From positions 8,804,001 to 8,868,000 of the forward strand of contig CM106585.1 in the NCBI GenBank assembly GCA_048013815.1: DNA of 64,000 nucleotides. The letters run 5' to 3'. The DNA comes from Setoptus koraiensis (taxonomy: Eukaryota > Animalia > Arthropoda). The notes beneath the pieces were generated by a model. The model did no database searches and was not told the DNA's origin. It worked only from the letters and a program-made list of their open reading frames with translations. The position numbers and the translations under genes were made by a program. Within the stretch, counting starts at the first letter, position 1, and every line of letters begins with the position of its first letter. Shown piece after piece: positions 49,812 to 60,670 of this stretch.

Positions 49812-52800
49812 GTGCGTGGTGGTCAATGTGATTGTCCTCTACATGGCCAACACGGGCTTGTGATTGGGGCCGAGCGGCCTGTGCCACTTGCGCAATTCTG
49901 CGCACCGATCGAGTCCGTCGTACGTGGATAAATCCGGCGCGCGGTCGCCCCATCGATCGAGCCGCGAACGGATTTGTCACTGGCAGTGGCACACATGACA
50001 ACAACAGCGACGATCGCGCCGGCCACCAATCATTATTGCTGACAATCGGTCATTGTGTTGGCGTGTCCAGTGAGAGTGTCCACTAAGTAGTGTGTGAACT
50101 TTGTGACGCTTCTTTCTGTGGGAATAATCACAGCAAGCGGCCCATGTAATAGCCTGACTGATATGTGAGTGGCCGCGCTGCCAATTGGACGATTGGCGAA
50201 TTTGACGCGCGGCTTCCACGCAACTTCGGACAGCGCTCGACTCGAGCGGCTCGAGCACGTCGACACGGCAAACATTGGACGTTGCCAGCGTTTCTACTCG
50301 AAACTTTCTACTCCAAACTTTCGGGCCGCTTGTCGCGCTCGCCGCCAAACTGTGCACAGCTCGGCACAAAGGCGCACGTCCGACACGCTGCGGCCGGTCA
50401 AGTGGCGACGCAGCGCAACGCACAATCGGCACGCTGCGTGCCGATTGTGCGATTACTGTGGCACGACCATTGTGTGCGCACCAGTGGCTCGCCGGCGCCC
50501 CCGGGTCCCCATCAACAATTGTTCGCGACGCGATGTAAATTCTCGTCACAGAGCGCGCACGTCACCGCCGGGCGCTGGTTTGCCGGGCGCGACCCCAATT
50601 GCGCAAACTGTCACGACTGGCGTTGTTGCCGTCGCTGTTGTTGTTACGGCCGTCAGTCTGCGCCGGCCGACGCTGACCAGCGGCCAGCGACGAGCGAGGG
50701 CGCCCACGCCTGTCCGACCGCGCGTCCACAGCGGCATGTCCGGGCGCGGGCCGCGGGCGGACCGGCCGCCGGCGATTGACTCACGGACGCGCCGGGCACG
50801 GCCGGCGATGGCCAGAGGGGGAGAGACGGGCCGCACGAGACTCCGCTCGAGATTGGCCGCACGAGATCGGCCGCACGAGATACCGTTGCCGGCCAGAGAT
50901 CCGCTATCTGATCTGTCGCGCTCGTGCTCGCTGTTATTCGGCACATAATTTGGCAGCATTCGTTTGGCTTCGCTCGATGGGCATCGTTGGCCGGCCGGTC
51001 AGCAGCGGCCGGCAGCGGCAGCGACCGAGCGGCCGCACCGACGGGCAGTATCGACGACGATGACGAGCGGGCAGGTTGCTGGCTGCGGGCTGTGGCGGCT
51101 CAAAGAAACAATAATTGTCAATCTGTGTAGGTCGTAAAACCATTGGGCCGGCGCAAAATGGCCTGCCGATAGCCCGTCCCGAGTGAGCGGCAACGAGCGC
51201 GGAATCATGCGAATTGTGCACTCGGCAATTGGACAATTTCCATTTCACCAGCCAGCCAAAACAGGCGAAACGGGGTCTGTCGACTCGGGCTCGTTGCGAG
51301 TTGCGATTGCTCGCCACCGCTCGCCACTGCTCGGCCGGCCGCATCGGCCAGCGTCCAGTCGGCGGCAATCCGAGCCGCGTCCACAAGCGGCCAGTGGCGC
51401 TTGCGAGTTCCAATTGGCTGCCGCTGGCAGCCACGATGGGAATAAACGTCGCCCATAACGACGATTATGAGCGCAATACCATAAAAACATCTCCACTGCC
51501 GGCGCGGCGTGGATAGCGCCCAGTCGGGCCGTCCGATAGCAGCGACGAGATAGAGAAAGTCGTTAATATTAAGCATCCACATAATGCCTTCGTCTGAGTC
51601 GTCGTTTTCGCAAACGAAGCGCTCGCTCTCGGGCACATGACGGAATACCCCGGCCAGTTTCGCCGAACCGGCCGAACCAATGCGAATCCGCCTGCGACCG
51701 GCCGCAATTGGCCGCCAGCCGACACTTGCAACTCGCTCGTTGTCGGCCGGCTCGACCCGCTCGGGGCAATGCAACAGCCACACAAAGTTGGCATAAACAT
51801 TTCAATTAGTCTTATTTATACGCTCCATGTTGACAGTTTAAATGCGCCATATTTATCAGCGCCGTCCCTGTCGGCCACTGCCGGCCAGTGCGTCGCGGTC
51901 GCTGTTGGGATACACGACACACACACACACACGCTGTTGGGATACACGACGCATTGTCCGGCACTGTCCGGCGTCACCTGTCGAACTGACACAAGTCAAT
52001 TGCGATCTAATCTAATTTTGTTTTGTTCTGCGTCCTCCGCTCGGCGCAAACAACGACAACTGTCAATCACTCGCCATCGCGCGTCACTGTCACGTCGAGC
52101 GTGGCTTTGTTATCGCGAGCCGAGATCAATTGTCACTCGGCTCGCCTCGCTAGCGCCCTCTGACAGCCTCTCACTGGCAGTCTCTCACTGGCAGCCTCTC
52201 ACTGACAGCCCCACGGTGCCCGCCTCGGGCGAAACAGTCGGACGAGCGAGCCAAGCGAGCGAGCGCCACAAGAGGCGTTGCTCACCTGTTGACCCGTGTC
52301 TCATTGTTGTCGCGACTCGCGATGCCTCGCAGCCGGCGCGCCAAGACCACTATTCAAACCTGGTTTAGATATTATATAACATTATACGCATATTATATAA
52401 CATTGTGCGCATATTCACGTGTGGATTCAAAGCCATATATATGATATCAACACAATGGTGCCTATATGCTCGTTGTTGGGCTTGTTGCAGAGCTGCCGAG
52501 TTCTCCTGAGAACACACCAAACACTCACCAAATAATTGTCATCATCATTTTTCGCTTCGTTGTGCAACCAAGCAAAACACGGTTATCATCATTACATAAC
52601 TATTGTGTGACAATGTCGCGTCACCTACAATTGAAACAATTGCCACTTGCCTTCATCTTTTTGTCGTCGCCATCATTTCGCTGCTCTTTGCCGCCCTATA
52701 TACCCACACACACATAAATACATATATACATGGCGTAGCCACTTGATACTGAGGTGAGAGCATCACCTAGCCGCATCACACTGCCCTGCTGTGTGAAATA

Positions 52801-55159
52801 ATCGCAATATCTGTCGTCATAATCTCGGAGCTTCGTCTCACCTGCCCGCTAACCGTCACACACTGAGCATTTGTGTATTATATTGCATAATAATACCGAC
52901 AGGTACAATATAATGTAATGACATGATGAGGAAAATGAGGAAAAAATGAACGGGCGCCGCAGTTTGCGCTTTTCGGCGCCAGATGGCGCGAAGGCATGCG
53001 AAAAAGTATCACATTTAAGCGTGATTACGCCACATTCATCTCACTATCTCGTGAACACAATAGACGACATTACATAATACACTCACTTGTTAATGCAATA
53101 ATAATAATAACACTATTACGTAATAGTATTGCCTCGGTGTATTAACGGTAATAATGGTGCCAGTGGCGACGCAGTGCGACTGGAAACGAGAGCAACCAGA
53201 CGCCAGTTAGTGGCGATATGTCAGTTGTGCGATATTTGTTGTGCGATATTTGTTGTGAGACGTTTGCTGCGAGACGTTTGCTGCGAAATGTTTGTTGTGA
53301 GATGTTTGCTGCGAGACAGAAGGGATAATAATCGGCGCACACCGAGACGAAGATGATTATGTCATTTGAGATGGTCACTGGATTCATTTGGAGCACCACT
53401 GATGGCTCCGACGACCGTTGTTGTCTTGCTGCCGCTGTTGTCGGTGCGGTTGTCGTAAAACTCGTTGGCGCCCGACGACGACCAACCGAAACCAATCACG
53501 CTGATGGACCGCCGTCGGTCGGGCGCAGTACCGCGTCCCGCGAGCGCTGTATCCGCTGTCGGTGGCGTACCGCACTTGTATTCGTGCCGCCGGCATACGA
53601 CCAACAATTGCGCCGGTCGGCCTCATTTCGACAATTCCAGCGTCAAGTTTCGTCTGGCACGACGCTCGACCACTCGACACACAGCCGCGCCCCCGCAGAT
53701 CCGGCCCGACCACTCAACTTATTGCCAAGTCGGGCCGCCGCGGCCCGACCCAGACACTTGTGACCCAAACTTGTGGTTGTTCACTTGCGAACAGTCACTA
53801 TTTCACCAGTTCGCCAGCTTGTGGCGAATGCTCGGCGTGATTTGGTGATAATTGAAATCGGTTATAATCGTGCAAATTGTTTCTTCTCCGTTTGTCTGCC
53901 ACTCGTTTGTGTTTGTGTGCGTTCGACGGGCTCCATTGGACGCTGCCCGACGAGCACACGAACGCACCAGCACGATAATTAATGGTCGTCATTTGAAACA
54001 TGAACATCGTTTAATAAATTGAACCTAAATTGACCGGCGCAACCGGCGCGCGATGAGTCGTGCGCCCGTTGTGGCCGCATCGGGAGCGCCGTCATCAGCG
54101 GACCAGTTTGCCCGTTAATAGACTCTCACAACATGTATTATGTGGGATGCCGATGAGACTCGGCTCTTTGTCCGGCCTGTTATTTAGAGCGTATTTAGAG
54201 CATAATTACAGCCATTATTTGCGCTGACAATCAAAATCACAATAAATTGGACCTCAATTGACCGGCGCGCCACCGCACGCGAGAATATTTATTTTTATCA
54301 AAAACCGCACGGGTACGGCGCTCCGACGTCGCGCCGGCTGTGCGCCAGTTTCGCGCTGGTTTTGCACGGACGTTGCGCGAATATCGCGCACTCATGGGTG
54401 CAACTGTATGTGAATATTGCGCCGATTTCGATGGCTTCGGATGAATTCGAATTAATTAATTCGAGTTCGCATGAGCAATTCAATTAACAATCGCCAGTGC
54501 AAGCTCGCGCATTCTTGCCGCGCTTGTCGGTCGCCCGAGGTGCCCTGGAAACTTTACCGTGGACAGCGCCGGCCGGGCACCAGGTTGCAGTGCAATTTGT
54601 GATTCACGGTCATCTGGAGCATGCTCGTTGCGGTCGTGTCTCGCCGCATGACCACAAACGCCGGCCAGACACTTGTTCGCGACAGGTGAGCCTGTTAGAA
54701 TTGTAGGTAAGCACTAAGTAAGTGAGCAATAAGTGAGTGAGTAAGCGGCCGCGATCACGCCGTCAGCGGGCGTCCGCTGGCACCGATTGTGACGGCTATC
54801 GATTGCGTCATGTTCGCCGATCGGCCGATATTTCCACTGCTGCCAGCGGCTGATCGTTGATGGCGGCGAGCAACAAGCGACGCTGGACATCGATTTGGCA
54901 GGATATTCGTCAATTTGGCTGGATATTCATCGATTTAACTAGATATTCATGGACACTGCTGGACGTGGCCGGGTGTTGCGCAACGCCGAAAAGAAAGCGA
55001 AGAAGAAGAAGAGGCAAAAGTCAAAGTGACGGCCAATCAAAAGGAAGTGGCGCGATTAATTCAATTGGCGGCGCTCGTTTTGCACTCGTTGTGCGGTGAC
55101 GTTTGATTGACAAACTGTGAAGAGCGCGTGCAGTTCCAATCCGAATTTCAATTTCGAGC

Positions 55160-55350
55160 CGCCGAACGTTCGAACGCTCGCACATTCGAACGTTCGACTA
55201 TCGAAGGCTGAACGTCGGTTATGCGAACAGTGAATATGCGAACAGCGAATGACGAACAACGAATATGCGAATATGCGAATATCGGATTTCGAATTTCGAA
55301 TCGGAAATTTCGAATTGCAAACGGCGAATTCGAACTTTCGAACGCTCGCT
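55160..55350 (+). repeat. Degenerate CGAA-cored 7-8-mer array
   Basis: CGAACGTT, CGAATATG x2, CGAATTT, CGAACTTT and similar units recur at about 7-8 nt spacing. Confidence 0.75.
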
Positions 55351-55758
55351 GCTGTCGAACTCGGACGACGGCGAGCGTTTTGTTGCGGCTGCCCAATTGG
55401 CTGGTCAGCCGGCTGGTCAGTCGGCCGGTCAGCTGGCTGGTCAGCCAATTGGCCAATTGGTCGCGCCTGCCAGTGCCGACACCGCCGGCGCAACACGCAA
55501 GTATCAACATGTTTGAAATGTCTGAGAGGCGGCCGAAACAAGCATAAATATTGGCAAGCAAACAGGACAAGCTGCTGTCACTCACGGCGCTGATAATATC
55601 GAGCTGATATTTGATTATTATCAGCCGTTTGACATTCCTTCAAGCGCAACTATTCTTCGCTGGAATAGTTGCGACGCAGCGTTCGTGATGCGATAATTCA
55701 TCTGCGGCCGCACAATTTGCGCCACATCAAAGGCACGCCGAGCCAGCGACAGCGGCCA

Positions 55759-55863
55759 AGGTGAGCTCAGGTGAGCCGGCCGAGCTCAGGTGAGCGAGCA
55801 ACCTGTTGCGGCTTAACACGCCGCCACAGCTCACCTGTGCGGCTCACCTGTGCGGCTCACCTG
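55759..55863. promoter_or_regulatory. Cluster of AGGTGAGC x3 followed by inverted GCTCACCT x3 (five CAGGTG E-boxes)
   Basis: Direct reading of the sequence; function is inferred only from the motif. Confidence 0.45.
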
Positions 55864-56372
55864 GCCGGCGCAGGCGTTTGGCGCAAGTGTCCGGATTGGC
55901 ACCTCGGTTGACTTTTGGCTTCGTCGGGTCGGCCGAGCGAGTTGGCCGAATCGCACGCCGCTTCCATTGGGCTGGCGTGGCGAACCATGGCGCTGGAAGC
56001 AGCCACGACAAGGGCCAGCCGATGGAATTAGCCATTAGATGAGTAGCCACGATATGAGACGGCGCTGGCTACCGATGCAACAACAACAACTTGCGCGCCG
56101 CGGGTGGCGCTCACACCGTCCGCATCTGTCTCGTTCTGTGCGATTCGCGGCGACTCGAACGCGGCCAACGCGAACGCGTTCCAAGAGTTCGAACGCTTCG
56201 AACGGCCGGCAAGCGGAGAGAATCGGCGGCGAGAATGTTCGCTCTGGCGACTGCGCGCCGATTGCGCCTTCGACTGTCGAAGTTCGACACCGACACACAA
56301 ACATGCGCGTATCATGATCGCGGTGTCGCAGCGCCGGACGGTCAGCCTGCCGCGAGCCCGAGAACCAAAATG

Positions 56373-56435
56373 CCGAGAGAACCGAGAGAGCCGAGAGAAC
56401 CGAGAGAACCGAGAGAGCCGAGAGAGCCGAGAGAT
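56373..56435 (+). repeat. 9-mer array CCGAGAGAR x7
   Basis: Seven tandem units, each containing GAGAG. Confidence 0.9.
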
Positions 56436-57961
56436 CGGCTGTTGCGCTCTTTGTGTTCTCGGCCCTACGCTAATGCCCGCTCGCCGGTCGTCGGCGGACC
56501 CGACATTGCTCACGGCCGGCACCACACGCCGCTAATTCTAATCCAGTGACGATGATTATCGCCAGATATTTGTATCCATCGGCCATTAGGCCGGCTAATT
56601 CCCGGCACCGCGAACATGAGCGTTCGTCGGCTCGCCCCGACGATAACAGGCGCTCCGCTGGCTGTTATCTGTTGTTTGTGTTTATCGAGCGCCTGCCTGT
56701 TAATAAAAATAAAAAACGTTAATAGTGATAACAATAATTGCGGCGCACAATACGGCGCAAATCATCTCTCGAGTGCGGCTCATTTCGGGCTCTCGGGTAT
56801 GCGCTGGCAAATTCGGGCGCTGGCGGGTATGGTAATGGGCCGACAACATGAGATCGGCGGCAACCAGATATGAGCGGCATGAGCCAGTCGGATTACGACA
56901 GAAGCCTAACGCTGCTAGATGCAGAGCCCAATGATAACACACGAGACGGAGACGCGACGCGAAAATCGTCGGATTAAGCGCCGCAAACTGCAAATTGCAA
57001 ATTAAATGGGAGCCTACCTGTTGTTCGAGCTAAGCTGGCCGGCGCACAATGCGCAGGCCGGCTAATGGACAGAGCGCCCACTCGGCGGACACTGGCCGAC
57101 GGTGGCAACAAGTCCGACAATCAGTTTTCGCCGGCGCGCCGATGCCCATGCACATATAGATATATGTATTTATGTATTTATGTGTGAATAGCCGCGACTA
57201 GTCGGGATTTGAGAGCGTTTATTAACGATTCTCGCAATGGTTTGCCGGCGCAGCGGTGGCCTACCCACAGCGGGCTCATTGAGCGGCCAGCGGCAGCAAC
57301 AAATCATCATTATCGCTTCCTTCGCGCCACCATCGGAACGCCGCTTCTCTCGGCCCGTTGTGGCTTCTCTGGCTTCGCTGTGGCCTGGCAGCTCTGGCAG
57401 CCGCTCGCAGAGAACGCTTCTCTGAGAGAAGGGCACTGGATTATGCGCGCCCACTATGCTAATGCGCGATGCGTCTCACACAGAGCTGACAGCAGAACAA
57501 GGGCGACGGGCAAAAGAAGCGTCAATTAAAAAATGATCACTTACACGCCAATATCAGTGTCGTTGTTGCCGTGTTTATCTGTCGCTGCTTGTTCCTAAGC
57601 ATGTTCGTGTTGGGCCGGGAATGCGCGCGAGAAGCCGCGAACAAGCCGAGCACTGAGAAGCCGAGAAAAGGCCGAGAAGAAGCCGAGAAAAGGCCGAGAA
57701 GAAGCCCGAGAAAAGGCCGAGAAGAAGCGAGAAGCGAGGAACGCAGAGCAACGAACAACGCGCTCTGCATGCTCACTTGATCACTCATTTGTCACTTGGC
57801 CAATGCCCGTTCGACACGATGATATATCGACGTCGAAGCGCTGCCCATGCAACAAGCAACTACAACGAACAACATGTAAACACATTCGGCTTACAACTTG
57901 GAACCTCCGACTTGGAACGGCCCAACTGGCGCTGCTCGAACTCGGAACCGTTCGAAGTTGC

Positions 57962-58067
57962 AACTCGCACTGTTCAAACTCGCACTGTTCGAACTAGCAC
58001 TGTTCGAACTCGGACTGTTCGAACTCGCACTGTTCGAACTCGCACTGTTCGAACTCGCAACTGTTCG
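57962..58067 (+). repeat. 15-mer array AACTCGCACTGTTCG x7
   Basis: Seven tandem units with single substitutions; junctions create TTCGAA. Confidence 0.95.
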
Positions 58068-58849
58068 AACTGTTGCGACGCCGACTGCGACAACAGCGAC
58101 AACGGCGACGACAACAACACCAACAAACATAATGTAATAATGTCCGTTCGCATTCCCACACGCATTCTCTCGGCTCTGTTGGCTCTTTCCGCCGCGCTGT
58201 TTGCGATGGCTCGTTCTGTTGTCGCGATTCGCGCTTCGAACGCCAACCGAGCGAACGTTCGCAGTTGAAAGCGCACAATTGTCAGATGACCAATGGTGCC
58301 ATATGCAATCGTGCCGTGACGAGCGTTGTTTTGTGGCGCTAGCTCGAGCGAGGCCGTCAGATGGCGCGACTCTGGCCTCAGAAACGCCACCAACGGGGGC
58401 CAGTTCAAGTTGAGCGCACGGCCGCAAAATCAATTTGCATCATCATGCCGCATGATTCATGCGACGGAAATCAATTTGCATACGGCGAAGAATTGGCGGC
58501 AACAAAGAAGCCAAACTGACTAATTAAGTGACTAAATTGAGCACATGAGCTGAACTAAATAACCGAGTAACTAAATAACTGAGCAACTCAACAACCGAGC
58601 GACCGAGTATGAAGACAAGCAATAATTGATTTTAAGTAATGAGCGGTGTGTTTATTCACGCGTGATGCTATCTTACAAAATACAATATCTTGTCAATGGT
58701 TGGCCGCCGCTGCAATCAGTGGCGCGCTGCGACGAAGCGATTTCCGGTCAGCAGTTCGGGTCAGTGATGGAGACAGTGAGCGGGCAAGCATGTGACGAGA
58801 TCTAACAAGAATGTGCCTAGTAATAGTATGTACATTATATGCAGTGACA

Positions 58850-58882
<33 letters not shown>

Positions 58883-59233
58883 ATAATACTAATAGGATTA
58901 ATCAATTAATTGGTGCTAATTAACTAATTGGGAGCCTAACAATTGGCTGGCCTAGACAGCGATGGCTGCAGTGTCGAAGTTAAGTTATTTGCACAATTGT
59001 TGTACAGTGCAGTGGTGCTACAATTAGGCTTGAGTACAATTAATTGAATGGGGGGCAAGTTAAATGGGTTTTTCAATCACAATTTCTTAATAATTTCTAA
59101 TTAACACGCGCACGCAAATTGATGCGGGTCCGACTGTTAACGATGATTTTGGTCGTACGTGTATCACAAGTGCAACAACAATTATAAAACAACAAAAACA
59201 ATTAGCTGTGTCACCAGACCTCTCAAGCGCCTG

Positions 59234-59466
59234 TCACATTGCTGACCAGCGCCGATTTGGGGCTCCGGCCGGGATGTTTGCCGCTAGCCAGAGGTGAATC
59301 GCAGTGACAAGTGTGCAAATGGCGAAAAGGGGCCAATGAGTTGCGTTGTGTAGGCCGCTTGCGTGGCTGCTTGTGGCGTCAAATTGCTGCTGTTCCTTGC
59401 TGACGAGGCCGTTGCTCTTGTTGATGGCGGCCTGCCTGTTGGTCTGCTGTTGATTTTGCGGCGTCA
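59234..59466 (-). CDS. Candidate terminal exon of the unidentified right-edge gene (hydrophobic C-terminal segment)
   Basis: Upstream GACTAAT branch-like motif and pyrimidine tract; the first downstream AG gives phase 1, matching the donor at 63602. Encodes VTPQNQQQ...HWPLFAICTLVTAIHLWLAANI...*. Confidence 0.35.
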
Positions 59467-60590
59467 CTGTTGTCGTTGTCGTCGTCGTCGTTGTTGTCGT
59501 TGTCGTCGTCGTCGTGGTTGTCGTTGTTGTCGTTGTTGCATGAGGGGAATAGCGAGAAGAGATGCAAAAAGATAATTAGTCGTCAAGTAATCGGATAAAT
59601 AATAAATCTTGTGCCTCTGTCGTGACATGTGCCGCGCTATCTCTGCGGCGCCATCTCGACAAGCGCACACCCAGACCAACGAGGCATTCACACCGACGAG
59701 GCATCCAGACCGACGAGGCATCCAGACCGACGAGGCATCGCTGGCTTCATTAATATCACTCGCAACACCTTGCAAAATCGCAGACAGCCCGAGCACTGTC
59801 GCATATCCAGCGACCGGCTAGACGACGGGCGCCCAGTGGCGACTTTATCCACGCGACTGTCGCTTGATTGACACCATCGTCCTGTGGAGGGCGCCTCGAC
59901 TCATCACTGGCATGGGCGACGCATTGCGAGCCAGCCAGCGAGTGACGCTGGCGGGCCACGCGGCTCAACTTAATCTGCGCCCCACGCAACACTACGCATA
60001 CATTCGTTCTTTTTATTCTTTTCGATATCTGGCCCCCATTTCGGCAGCTCATTCTCTCTATGATTTCTATGATTCTTTGCATCGTTCGTTGCTTACGTAA
60101 CAGCTAGTAACTGCTATAACGCCCAGTGCTCACGTAACGTACGAGCAGTAGTCTAGTAACGCTGCTAGTTCAACGAACTTTGTGTCTAAATCAGATGCTG
60201 GCATGCAATTGTTGTTTGCTCATAATGGTTTTATTTTACTTTTTCTCTTTACACTGTGCCGGCGACATGCGACATGCAAATGGCCGTCACGACGACCCAT
60301 AGCGCACCAGCAATTATGGTCGCCGGGCACACACTCACTCACTGAAAATTGCTGGCTACCAGAACTGGCTAGATGGGGTGGGGGGGGGCAGAGTGAGCGG
60401 CCAATCTAACGGGGCGACCAATGAAGCAAACAGAGCAAACAGCAACTCTGTTCAACGGGCACCAGAGACGCCCAAAAGTGCCAAAAAGAGCCGAAAGGAG
60501 CGCTCGCTGCCAAGGGATGACGCAATCGCTTGCTCGTGTTTTTGCGCGTGTTTTACGCGCCGTTCGCTGGCTATATATAGCACCAATATA

Positions 60591-60670
60591 GCATATATTC
60601 GAGCATATATTCGAGCATACATTCGAGCATATATTCGAGCGTATATTCGAGCATATATTCGAGCATATAT
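60591..60670 (+). repeat. 12-mer array GCATATATTCGA x6.7
   Basis: Six full units plus a partial one, with single substitutions. Confidence 0.95.

Noticed and set aside
57650-57735. Minus strand contains CTTCTCGGCCTTTT, as at the 5' end of U2 snRNA
   Set aside because: It is part of a local tandem repeat; the U2 branch-pairing GTAGTA and Sm site are absent.
44275-58155. Su(H)-type GTGRGAA sites (about 44280, 46848, 50118, 58150)
   Set aside because: Isolated and unpaired; about the number expected by chance.
48326-60670. Short regularly repeated arrays as possible CRISPR
   Set aside because: The units are contiguous with no unique spacers, no cas genes are present, and the host is a eukaryote.
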